Part shown: positions 49,865 to 60,803 of the stretch, one piece after another
Numbering within the stretch: the stretch's first letter is position 1
Layout: each line of letters starts with the position of its first letter
Virus record (IMG/VR): IMGVR_UViG_3300028920_000040
Span: 59,836-123,835 of that record
Source: a virus
Strand: one strand, 5' to 3'
Length of the DNA: 64,000 nucleotides
The notes under the pieces: model-generated
Database searches by the model: none
The model's input: only the letters and a program-made list of their open reading frames with translations
Told to the model about the DNA's origin: nothing
Position numbers and translations under genes: made by a program

Positions 49865-51167
49865 GTTTTTTCGGCCGGATTATACTAATGTTCCTATATG
49901 TCCTGAGTGTAATTCATTAGATGTGTCTACTGATATAAGCACAAACAAAATTGTTTGTAAAAAATGTGGATATGGTGGAGAAAAGAAAGTAATAGACTTT
50001 GAAGAAAAGGCTAAGGATATTTTAGAAAAAGAAAAAGAAAAAATTGCTATGGCGGCTAAGCTCGGAGAAAAAATTTCACTTGCAGATAAACAAAATAATA
50101 ACGATCCTATTATACCAAGAATTCCTTTATGAATAAAACATTTAAAAGTGTTGATGATTATCGGGAAGAAATATTTAAAGGGCACGATACTTTTAAATAT
50201 AAAATTACATCTTTTATGTATAAGTATTTTATAAATCCTTTATCTGTTTTCTCTCCGTCTAATATTTTATATAGAATTAAAGTATTATTATTCTATATTA
50301 AAAACGGATGGGATTATAGAGATACGTGGTCTTTAGATAGTGCTTTTTCAGATTGGATACTTAAAAAAACAAACTGTCTTGATAAAATAGAAGCTAGTGA
50401 ATTTGAAAAGGAATTAATAAAACTTTCTCTCTATGCTATTAAAAATGACTGGATTCATACTTCAAAAGATATTTCTTTAACTGAAACAAAATCTTTAGAA
50501 ATATTATTTTATTATATTAGACTACTAAAAGAAAAAGACGATCCTTTTGCAAACGAATTTGCTACCTGGTGGATATTAAGACTTGAAAGATTTATTGAAT
50601 ATGTTCATGGATATCCCTCTACTATGACAGAAGAAGAATGGCCAAAGATTTTAAATAAAATACTCTTAGGTATGAAATACTTTGGAGATTGGAATTTAGG
50701 TTTAGGAATTACAGTTGACGAAAAAGAAAAGATTATTGATGAATCATTTAATCTTCTTAAAACACACATGAGGAGTTTATGGGACTAAAAAAGAAAATTA
50801 GTTTTGTTGGAAGGTCAATAGTATGGCTTTCAGGAGTATGTGCATATTTCGGAAGTATTATTAAAGCAATTACTACATTTAACTTTTGGTATATATTTAC
50901 GGCTGTAGTTTGTTTGATTTGTCTTTCTATATTATCTATACATAATGAATGGAGGCGCTATGCGAAGTAAAGAAGAAAAAAGAGCTGAAGCTAAAGAACG
51001 GCAGAAGAAGTGGGAATCTCTCACTTTGGAACAACAGCTCAAGGCCATCGATGAAAGACTTGGAAAAGGAGTTGGAGCAACTAAACAACGACTTAAAATT
51101 AAAATGTTGATGGAAAAGGCCAAAGATGTTTCTAGAAAGAAAAAAACAAGCAAGGAGAAACACGAAG

Positions 51168-51815
51168 ATGCAAAAGAACGTAAAGGCGTTCATAAAGTAC
51201 GCAGTGGGAGAACTAATTGAATCTGGTTGTCAAATAGTACTTGAAAAAAAGGAAGACGTAAAGAATCCTTTTGATGGAATGGAATACTCTGGCTTCTTTG
51301 AACGCAGACCTTACTTATGTTTTCATTGTGCAATAGGTCTTTCTCAAAAAGATTGGTTCCCTGTATTTGTACATGAGTTTGCACACTTTTTACAATATAA
51401 AGATGAAAGTAAAAAAACTCCTTATTGGATACAACAAAGGTATGCAGAAAAGATATTACCAGAACCACCGGGAAACGATCCTATCTATCTTTGGTTGGAA
51501 AAGAAGCTTGAGCTTAATCCTAAAGTTATAAAAAAATTAGCAAGAGTTACTCAAAGAATGGAACTCGATGCTGATAAAAGAGCAATTGGAATTATTAAAA
51601 GATTTGATCTTCCAATTGATATTGACTGGTATATTAAAACAACAAATGCATATATTTTATTTTTTAATATAATTACAGAAACAAGAATGTGGTTTGATAA
51701 AGAACCCGGAGTAGTTCCTGAAATTTATAAAATAATGCCAAACACATGGAAGAAAGGATATAGTAAAACTCCTAAAAAATATAGAGAACTAGTAATGAAA
51801 CATTGTTTTAAATAA
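51168..51815 (+). CDS. HExxH putative metallopeptidase
   Basis: VHEFAHFLQ...MELDADKRA. Confidence 0.55.
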   Translation: MQKNVKAFIKYAVGELIESGCQIVLEKKEDVKNPFDGMEYSGFFERRPYLCFHCAIGLSQKDWFPVFVHEFAHFLQYKDESKKTPYWIQQRYAEKILPEPPGNDPIYLWLEKKLELNPKVIKKLARVTQRMELDADKRAIGIIKRFDLPIDIDWYIKTTNAYILFFNIITETRMWFDKEPGVVPEIYKIMPNTWKKGYSKTPKKYRELVMKHCFK

Positions 51816-52394
51816 TTATGAACAAACTTAAAAAACCCGATTTACCAATAGGATATCTACTTAGAGGAAGATATTCATTAATTATATTCAAAAAATTAGA
51901 TTCGACTTTAAATCATTCTTATTATGGTATTAAAGATATACACACACAATCGGATCAAAAATCTTCTTATGTTTATCAACATATATTGAATGGACTTATT
52001 GATTATGAGGAAAATAGGAATTCGACAAAAGCTTAATAATATAAAAAATAATCTGATTAATTATGCTTATGAATCAGAAAAACAAATATTTTTATCCAAT
52101 AATCATCGACTTAATATTGACTTTATTACAGGTAAATATTATTTTAATAATACATCTCAATTTTTTAATAATACAATGAATCATTATAATGTAAATCTTA
52201 TTAAGGATATTATTACAAAAAGTGTAATTGAATACTGGCACAAACTTTTTTATGAAGATATTAATAATTATTCATATAACATACACCACTATTCATATTC
52301 TATGGAAACTATTCCTTGGAAAAATCATTATCCTAATCAAAAGATTTATCGATATCCTGACTACAAAAAATATCTTTTATAGAAAGATTATATA

Positions 52395-52724
52395 ATGTCT
52401 CATTACTTTTATTGGATTCCTCCCTTTATAATATATGTTTTTATATATGCTTGGACATCTAAGCAAACAAACATTCACGGTGGAAAATGGATGTTGTGGT
52501 TATATCTATGCGGAGCACTCAGTCCTTTCTGGGTTATTGTAAGCAGACTATCGACAAATCTTCTTTTCGATGGTGCTTTGTATGATATACTAATGTGTAT
52601 AACATTTATTATTGGTATGATTATTTTTGGAACGGGTAAAGGATTTACAGCAATGCAATGGGCTGGTCTTACGATTTCTATGTTAGGATTAGTTCTAATG
52701 AAAGTTGAGGATTTTATAAAATGA
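52395..52724 (+). CDS. small four-helix membrane protein (DMT/SMR-like)
   Basis: four hydrophobic segments; QWAGL..SMLGL. Confidence 0.5.
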   Translation: MSHYFYWIPPFIIYVFIYAWTSKQTNIHGGKWMLWLYLCGALSPFWVIVSRLSTNLLFDGALYDILMCITFIIGMIIFGTGKGFTAMQWAGLTISMLGLVLMKVEDFIK

Positions 52725-53344
52725 ATGATGTATGTCCTGATGTAGTTTATTACGATCCTTGGGAATGTAATATAAGTACAAAGATAGAAAGTATAATGTA
52801 TATTGCAAGTATACCTCTGGCAATTTTTACTTTTGGTCTGTTCGCTATACTTTTTCTTGATATATGTTTGTGGCCGAAAGACGCTTTAAGAATGATAAAA
52901 ATGTACAAATATTTAAAGAACTTAGATTTAAACGAAATAAGTTTTTCTTCTGGTTCTGAAATATATAGAATATTAACACCAAAATTTAGAGTTTGTTTAT
53001 GGGTAAAAAAATCAAAAAATAAATCTCTTGAAAAAATTATTGCCCGAAGAAAATGGTCAATTCATCCTGCTAATATATGGACAACAAGTATGAATTGTAT
53101 CATCCCTATCGGCCCAGGTATCATAACAACAATAACGAAACATTTAATAGAAAAGGAAATGAAAAAAATTGTGTACCACGCTGCTATCAATTCAAAATCA
53201 GTAAGTTATTATGGATTCATAAATGATATAACAGATTATCTAAAGAGTGAGATGAAAAGTAATATTCCGTTTGATATAGACAAAAACACAATTAAACATA
53301 TCATATTTCGTAGATTTCAATCAGTAATTTGAAAGGATTAACCA

Positions 53345-54661
53345 ATGTTAGATTATTACATTGTACCAAAGTGTAAAAGGGAACAATTGTTTGACTTCTA
53401 TGCATTAACTATGTTTAGTCCTCGTTGTTTAACAAACGAAGACGATATAGATTATTTTACAAGAGCAAAACAAGATATTATAAATCATAATAGAAATACA
53501 TTTATTAATGCATTAAAGGATTCAGTATCTTGTGAGCTATGGCACGTTCCAAGAAGGGCTAAAGAATATTATAATACAAAATATAATCCAAATTATGATA
53601 TGAATGAAGAAAAATTTAATGATTGGTTAAATGTAATAAAAAATACTTTTACTAATAAAGAAATTGATTTTTTTGATAATGTTGTTATGCCTAAAAGAAA
53701 AGAACATGGAGATATTAAATACGACAGACGAATTGTTTTATTCAATAAATATTTTTCTGATCCTTCAAAAATTGCTTCTCTTGGTATAAGATCATTTGGT
53801 AAACTTCGTTGGTCTGACGACTTCGGAGGAAAAAATTGGTATAATATATCGAAAGCATTATCTTTTCTAATTGAATCCCGTACTATTAATGATAGAATGG
53901 TTGCAGTCGATCACGCATATGATCTTCAGCATAATACTAATACCGCATTTAATAAAACTCCTGAGTTTGCAATTGATGGTGATTATGAATGGCTTAAGAT
54001 CGCATTAGATAAAAAATATAATCTTGTAGAGCCTCACGAAATTCTTTCTCATGTATCTCATCAATTACGCAGACCTCTCGCAAGAGTATTTAAATATCTT
54101 TATAATAAAACTTATGAGTCTTATATAGAAGAAGATCGTATAAGAAAAGAAAAAAGAATTGATTCTTATATTTCAAAATTAAAAGAAAGTTATGATTATA
54201 ATTATTATATGAACGAATTAATATATACAATATATAAACTTCAGGAACCATATTGTATTTTTATTCATAAAGAAAATTGTAATGTTAAAATTAGGAGATT
54301 GTGCAGAAAAGAATTTCATGAAAGTAATGGATGGATTGCTATCGAAACAAAAACAGTTGAACAGGCTGAAGAAGATATCTTTAATAATATAGTCAATCTT
54401 ATATCATCAGAAAACTATAAAAATCGTATTACTAAAGCACAAGAATATGTTATGCAATATAAAAACTCTTCTAAATATTTTTACTATGATATTTTCAGCG
54501 GAGTCATAATAGATACATATAAACCTATATCAAATTCTAATTACAGTCATATATTACTTACAAAGATTGCTTTTAATGATATACAGACAGAACAAACAGA
54601 ATTGAATTTAGAAAAACAAACTGAAAAAATAAAATGCGATCTTGAAGAACTTCCTTTTTAA
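53345..54661 (+). CDS. seventh, leader-less member of the DHxYDLQHN family
   Basis: QLFDFYALTMF, FGGKNWYNIS, VDHAYDLQHN and EPH; B-like C-terminus. Confidence 0.85.
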   Translation: MLDYYIVPKCKREQLFDFYALTMFSPRCLTNEDDIDYFTRAKQDIINHNRNTFINALKDSVSCELWHVPRRAKEYYNTKYNPNYDMNEEKFNDWLNVIKNTFTNKEIDFFDNVVMPKRKEHGDIKYDRRIVLFNKYFSDPSKIASLGIRSFGKLRWSDDFGGKNWYNISKALSFLIESRTINDRMVAVDHAYDLQHNTNTAFNKTPEFAIDGDYEWLKIALDKKYNLVEPHEILSHVSHQLRRPLARVFKYLYNKTYESYIEEDRIRKEKRIDSYISKLKESYDYNYYMNELIYTIYKLQEPYCIFIHKENCNVKIRRLCRKEFHESNGWIAIETKTVEQAEEDIFNNIVNLISSENYKNRITKAQEYVMQYKNSSKYFYYDIFSGVIIDTYKPISNSNYSHILLTKIAFNDIQTEQTELNLEKQTEKIKCDLEELPF

Positions 54662-54839
54662 ATTATGATAAATCAAGTAAAATGGACTCAGATAGCTGTA
54701 AGAAAAAAGATATCGATATTTCTTAGTGATGATATTGACTATAATCTTATAACCGATATAATTAATAAAATTTCTGATAAACCTGACTTAATCAACCAAC
54801 TTATTGTGTCGGATATTACAAATAAAATGAAAAAATGTC

Positions 54840-54868
54840 TTGACACGTGAGATTAACAATATTATATT
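54840..54868 (+). promoter_or_regulatory. sigma70-type promoter
   Basis: TTGACA-N17-TATATT. Confidence 0.7.
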
Positions 54869-54917
54869 AATATTGTGTAATTATATGTTTGTTTCACTTA
54901 ATTGAAGGAGGCTGTCA

Positions 54918-55082
54918 ATGTCAGCTAAGCTCACTCCGTCTGAAAAGGCCGCTCGTGCTCGCGAAAGGCGCAATGCTCGTATTTACAAGATGTATTTCGA
55001 TCGTGGTCTTTCTACTCGCACTATTGCCGAGAAGATTGGTCTTTCTAAGACTCGCGTACATGAGATTGTCGCATACGAATAA
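54918..55082 (+). CDS. 54-aa helix-turn-helix DNA-binding protein (not in ORF track)
   Basis: AAGGAGG RBS; RNARIYKMYFDRGLSTRTIAEKIGLSKTRVHEIV. Confidence 0.8.
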   Translation: MSAKLTPSEKAARARERRNARIYKMYFDRGLSTRTIAEKIGLSKTRVHEIVAYE

Positions 55083-55099
55083 GCCGACCGTTTCATAAT

Positions 55100-55126
55100 G
55101 GAAGGGGCGGTGATCCTGCCCCTTCC
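55100..55126 (+). terminator. GC-rich hairpin downstream of the HTH gene (no clear U-tract)
   Basis: ggaaggggc...gccccttcc stem. Confidence 0.5.
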
Positions 55127-55146
55127 TACTCCCGAAAGAAAATAAT

Positions 55147-55461
55147 ATGATAAAAAGAAACAAAGTATCGCCAGAAACTATTGAGCGTGTAATGATGCAC
55201 GTTGTTGATTGCCTTAATCTAGAAATAGAAAATAAGGGCGATGGTGCATTTGTAACTGATCATGAAGCTTACGGAGTCATTGCCGAAGAAATAGATGAGT
55301 TAACTGATGCTCTTCGTTCGAATGACTATGGAAGCTTTGAATCTGAATTAATTGATGTGGTTGTTTCCTGTCTCTGGGCTTTAATGAGTCGAGAAACAAA
55401 CACACTTGAAAATGATAAACCCGTTGATGAAGGAGAACAAGATGATAATTTTTTCGTCTAA
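55147..55461 (+). CDS. MazG-like NTP pyrophosphohydrolase
   Basis: HEAYGVIAEEIDEL...ELIDV (EExxE...ExxD). Confidence 0.65.
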   Translation: MIKRNKVSPETIERVMMHVVDCLNLEIENKGDGAFVTDHEAYGVIAEEIDELTDALRSNDYGSFESELIDVVVSCLWALMSRETNTLENDKPVDEGEQDDNFFV

Positions 55462-55869
55462 GAAACTACAGGAAGCCGTCAATGAAGCTATTGACAAAGC
55501 AATCTCGACTTCAAAAGAAGACAAGACAAAGATTCTCAGTTTGCAGAACCAAATTGAAATGCTAAAGAAAGAGAAGATCAAGGTCAAGGACGAGCTCGAT
55601 GAACTTCAACTTCAAAAGAAGATTGACAAGCGAGACATCGAACACATGGTAAAGATTAAGGAAGAAAAGAATGAGATTGAATTCGAAAAGAAGACGGTCG
55701 AACTTCAAAAGCAATTTTCTGAAAAGGAAATGACAATCCTTAAGGATACTCATGAGAAGTCAATGGCTCTTCTTGAACAGGGTAAGAAAGACCTCAGTGA
55801 TATCTATGGTAAGATCATTGAACGTCTTCCTAACGTCAACATGGAAATCAATAGGGACATTAGTAGGTA

Positions 55870-56584
55870 ATGGCCTTGGCTTCATTAGACGGATCAGGAA
55901 ATACTGGAAGTGTGTGTACTAGTGGTTGTTTCGTAGTCGACTCAACCACTGACAACTATTTTACTTATACCCCTCATACATTTACAGATTATAAAATTAA
56001 TTGCAATGGCAGTCTTTACGGAATGCATGTTGATGCTGAACAGGAAGATTCTAAATCTAAAAATAAAAAGAAGACCTTCAAAGAAAGATTACAAAAAGAA
56101 ATTGACGAATGGTGTAGGGATGTTTTAGAAAATGAAGATGACTGAAAAAGAATGGGAAAGAAAACATGCTAGTGAAATCCTAGAAGGATTGTCTAATAAA
56201 GTATCAGAAAATTTATGGCCTCCTACTTCTTTAGAATATAAGAACTATATGAATAGAAATGGTTTCAAAACTACTTTAGAGACTCCTCATAATGAATCAG
56301 GAGTACTTAGAAAATTTCCTCGTATTGTAGAACGATGGATTGAAAATGATTCTTACGGTTGTACGACTATACAAGCGTTCCGTCTTAGTGATGGAAGAAT
56401 CATAAAAGAAAAAGCAGATCATATGAACGCAAAGTTTGCTGGTACATACGCGGGTACTCCTTATTATCAAAGTGAAAACGAACATGTTCCTGAAGCAGGA
56501 TGGACAACAAAATTACCAAAATCATTTGAACAAGAACTTAGGGATGAAGTTGATGGTTGGTGTAGAGGAGCATTAAAATGTTAA
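55870..56584 (+). CDS. two proteins sharing a C-terminal motif (55870-56145, 56132-56584)
   Basis: TFKERLQKEIDEWCRDVL vs SFEQELRDEVDGWCRGAL. Confidence 0.6.
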
Positions 56585-58585
56585 ACTTACTTTTAATACC
56601 TGTAGTTATCTTTTTTGGATTGTTATTCATTTGTATGATGCTTTACATTGTAGCAAGAATTATCAGAATGCCTTTTCTTGATTGGATCTTTTGTAAAGTG
56701 TTTCCCTGGCACTCTGGAACATATGACGATGTTCATCATGCAGAAAATGATCCCCATAAGTTTCTAGTGTTCGCTAAATGTAAGTGGTGTGGGTATGAAG
56801 GACAAATTGATAGTCAGGGAAATTTATTCTAAGGAGTATTAAATGAAGGTTAAAATTCATCCAAATAATAAAGATCAGTTATTAATAATGCCCGAAACAG
56901 ATTTTGAAACACAATGGATTGAAGATTTTGCCGATGTTAAAAATGGAGAAGCTTCTATGTATATTAAACGCGGTGCCGAAACTTCTCGTGTAGTTGGTGT
57001 TGTTGTTAGACCAAAAAGGGATTAGGATGTCTAACAATGTGCAACTTTAGAATTAAGCAAGATAAAAAATGATGAACATATTTAAAAAAATATCTCTGTG
57101 TTTTAAAAAACCATATTACTTTCCAAGAAAAGATTTTAAAGTCTTTACAAGATATAAACTACCGGAAGCCCTCAAAGACATTCCACTTGCCAACAGTAAG
57201 CTTGGCTACGTCAATGTAAAAAAAATTGATGAAGGACATCATAATCTGAACTTCGAAACATGGCATTTTTTTGGTGGAGATAGAGTTCGCCGTGGAGATG
57301 TATGGGTTACAACAAGTGCTTCAACAGGCGAGTTGATGGCAGTTGTGTTCACAAAGGTTGATTGCTATTTCTCTAGTATGGAAACGTGCTCCTGTGACTA
57401 TGGAGGCGAAGGACAGAACTTTGGATTCGCCGGTGACTTATTACAGATTGAAAGAATGAAAGAACTTGTAATTAAAGGTAAAAAAATGAAACCTGTAGTA
57501 TTATCATAAGGATATAATTATGAAAGTTAATTGTCCAAACATTTATTGTTATCATCACGGAATTGAGTACATGTGTAACTGTAAGATTACAGATAGACAG
57601 AATATTACTAAGACATATATTTCAAATGATGATAGAGTAAACTATTCTAATCGTTGTGAGAAACGCAGGCTTTACGAAGAAAACCATTCATGAAAAATTA
57701 TTACGATTACTTCCGCCCTTGCTTCTGTTTTACAGAACCTACAAACAAATGTGTGCATAGGTTTAATTGTGATATAAGAACAGCAACTGCTTGTCCGAAG
57801 GATTGTGAACATGAACATTATGTTGAGGAAGAAAGGAATCCCGACAATGACTAAACAGCTTAAAATAAGCGATGTAATAAAACGGCTTAAAGAATTAAAA
57901 AAAGAACACGGGGATGCTGAATTATGGTATCATATATGTGGAAAAAAAGTTGGAGAAGATATGCCAATGCAAGTAGAAGGAATAAAAGTAATCGAAAGAG
58001 ACTGGGGAGATAAGTATATAACAATATGGTAAAGAGGTACTATCATGAAATTCTTTAAACAATTATTCTGCAAACATTGTTTTCCTTCAAGGAATATTCC
58101 TAATGAAGAATATGATAAAGAGTGTGGTCATATCTTTGTGTGTGAAAAATGTGGGAAAGAAAAAGTATTCTGGTTTCATGACTATAAAGAAATAGATAGA
58201 TATATAAAAAACGAAAGCACATCCGGAATTACTGTTTATATTCAATGGCAAGAATTAGTAAAAATATTAGAGTGTACTAAATGCGGAGACATTATAACAA
58301 GGAAGTATAACATATCATGAGAAGATTAAAAGAAGCCGCCCTTATAATTGGTGCTACTCTTATTGGATTCCTTATTGGCGCATTGATATGAACATGTCCG
58401 AGAAGATAAGAGTAAGTGCTAAACATATTACCGAAAACTTTGACATATTGTATTATAATTATCCAAAAGCATTAAGCGACAAAGTTTTTTTAGAAATATG
58501 TAGACACCTCATATTCAAATTTCCTAGCAATAGAAATAGCTGGGGATTAATTCCTTTTACTCCGCGGGACTTAGAATAATAATCC

Positions 58586-58614
58586 TTGACTTTTCAAGAT
58601 AATAGTTGTATAAT
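58586..58614 (+). promoter_or_regulatory. sigma70-type promoter, likely leaderless transcript
   Basis: TTGACT-N17-TATAAT; ATG 7 nt after the -10. Confidence 0.75.
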
Positions 58615-58620
58615 ATAACT

Positions 58621-59055
58621 ATGCAGACATTCATTACAGATACAGACTTCCATAAAATTGCCAAGACTCTTGACAACAAAAGACTAGGTAAGCAAAGAGT
58701 TGAGGCCATGCAAATCCTTAATACATTAAATCCTGACTATACTAATAAAGGATGGAAGCATCATCCTGCAGTATTAATGTGGGAAGGATATGAATCTACA
58801 TTAAGAAGTTATCTATCAGCAATGATTAAGGAATGGAAGTCAAGAGGATTTAAAAATACCATAGAAGTTAAAGGTTCTAAAAGCAATAAAAAACCTTGGT
58901 GGCTTTGTGGAAAACTTATTGTGTCTCATCGATCAAATCTCATAAGAAAGAATCCTGAATTTTATAGTCAGTACAATTGGAATCTTCCTGACGATATTCC
59001 TTACTACTGGCCCGTTCGATGGAATAATAAAAAACAAAAAATAGTGAAAAACTAA
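58621..59055 (+). CDS. pyrimidine-dimer DNA glycosylase-like protein (MSMEG_6728/DenV-related)
   Basis: MQTF...LDNKRLGKQRVEAMQI...HPAVLMW...SHRSNL..K.P..Y. Confidence 0.8.
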   Translation: MQTFITDTDFHKIAKTLDNKRLGKQRVEAMQILNTLNPDYTNKGWKHHPAVLMWEGYESTLRSYLSAMIKEWKSRGFKNTIEVKGSKSNKKPWWLCGKLIVSHRSNLIRKNPEFYSQYNWNLPDDIPYYWPVRWNNKKQKIVKN

Positions 59056-59638
59056 CAGACATAGAAACCTTATCCTTAATAAATATTTTTGAAGGGGAAC
59101 ATTATGGCAAAAACAATAATGAAAGTAAGTGCCGAACGGAAGACAACTCATATCCTTAAAAGAATGAAGAAGCAAGGATATACGCTGATCAGCAAAAAGA
59201 AAGATAAGTATGGCGATCAGACCTTTCATTTTGAAAAAACACAGGACTAGTCTATGCACAATAACATTAAGGTTAATTCATTTAGTATAAATTCTATGAA
59301 AAAGTATATCCAAAAAGAGTCGAAAAAAGAAACCCTATTAGAGATCAAGAGATTCTGCTTGGATCAATTACCGCTCGAACTTCCCTCCGCAGAATCAATC
59401 GAATTCGGTTTGTGTAATAATTTTGAATTGAAAACAACTACTATTCAAAAATCGTGTTTTAATTCTGTAATTAGAAAGATTGATGAAATGCTCAATTACT
59501 TACAATGAAAATGATACTTAAAATATTTTCAGCAGCCATCATTTCAATCGTAGCAACTTTACTGACTTTTATATTTCTATTCTCAGGTTTATTTCACGAG
59601 AAGCCTTATAAAAAAGACGAAGAAAATTAATTGAGTCC

Positions 59639-59667
59639 TTGACTTAAGGACTGGGATATATTATATT
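59639..59667 (+). promoter_or_regulatory. sigma70-type promoter with an inverted repeat over the -35
   Basis: TTGACT-N17-TATATT; agtcctt/aaggact arms. Confidence 0.6.
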
Positions 59668-60291
59668 ATTATAGATAAATTCTATATAGAAAGGATATAT
59701 TCCTTATGTCTGCATACAGACCATATTACGGACACAGTAAACCAAATTTTTCCACTCCTCCAAACAATCCCCCTAAAAATAATCTTATCTATTATATAAG
59801 CATTCCTATTATCTCGGCCATTATTATATTAAGCACTTTATTTATTGTCGAAACCTCTCACGACAATTATAATAAAATAATCAGCATTGCTCGTGGTTCT
59901 GCCAATATGAGGCCAATTATAGGTAAAGCATTGAGAAATAATAAGATATCTATCTTTGAAAGATGGATGATCAATCGTGAATATCACAAACAAAAGAAAA
60001 AAATTAATAAACGATAGTCAAAGAAAAATCAATAACATAAGAAAGAATTTGTTATGAAAACACGAATAGCATTACTTAAAGCCAACATAAGATGCAACAA
60101 CGGGTATTACTATACTCCTGAATGTCTTATGAAAATAGCAGAAAGAAAACCAGAGACAGGTAAATTCATTTACGATGAAGTAACAGAAACTTTATTATAT
60201 GAATATGATTCTTTGGATTATCTTCACCACGCAAAAAGTTATGATCCAAACCTTTTGATTCCACCAGAGTTTAGTACAGAATGAGACTAAA

Positions 60292-60738
60292 ATGATTAAG
60301 CAAGTAATAGTAATGCGAAAAGATTTGAATATGCGTAAAGGCAAGATGATTGCTCAAGGCGCACATGCTTCTATGAAAGTCTTACTTGATAGAGTTAATG
60401 GTTATACTGATCATCAAGTAGTTAGTGATTGTAAAAAGAAAGATTATCCTTGTTATTGTGTAATGACTAATAGGTATCACACAGGAACTATAACTTTGTC
60501 TCATACAATGCATGAGTGGGTTACTGGAATCTTCACAAAAATATGTGTATCAGTTAATTCAGAAGAAGAACTGCTACAAATATATAAAAGTGCTGCTGAA
60601 CAAAAGATACCTTGTGCATTGATAAAAGATAATGGTCTTACAGAATTCAAAGGAGTTCCAACAAATACTTGTTGTGCTATCGGTCCTGATGAAGCTGAGA
60701 AGATCGATGCAATTACTGGAGACTTAAAGTTACTGTGA
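60292..60738 (+). CDS. pth2: peptidyl-tRNA hydrolase type 2
   Basis: KQVIVMRKDLNMRKGKMIAQGAHA, KICV, DNGLTEF..VPTNTCCAIGP and ITGDLKLL. Confidence 0.92.
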   Translation: MIKQVIVMRKDLNMRKGKMIAQGAHASMKVLLDRVNGYTDHQVVSDCKKKDYPCYCVMTNRYHTGTITLSHTMHEWVTGIFTKICVSVNSEEELLQIYKSAAEQKIPCALIKDNGLTEFKGVPTNTCCAIGPDEAEKIDAITGDLKLL

Positions 60739-60803
60739 GGACATATAATGTATGATATGACAAATACCTGCTCAATTCATTATTAAATCAGAAATGAAAA
60801 AAT

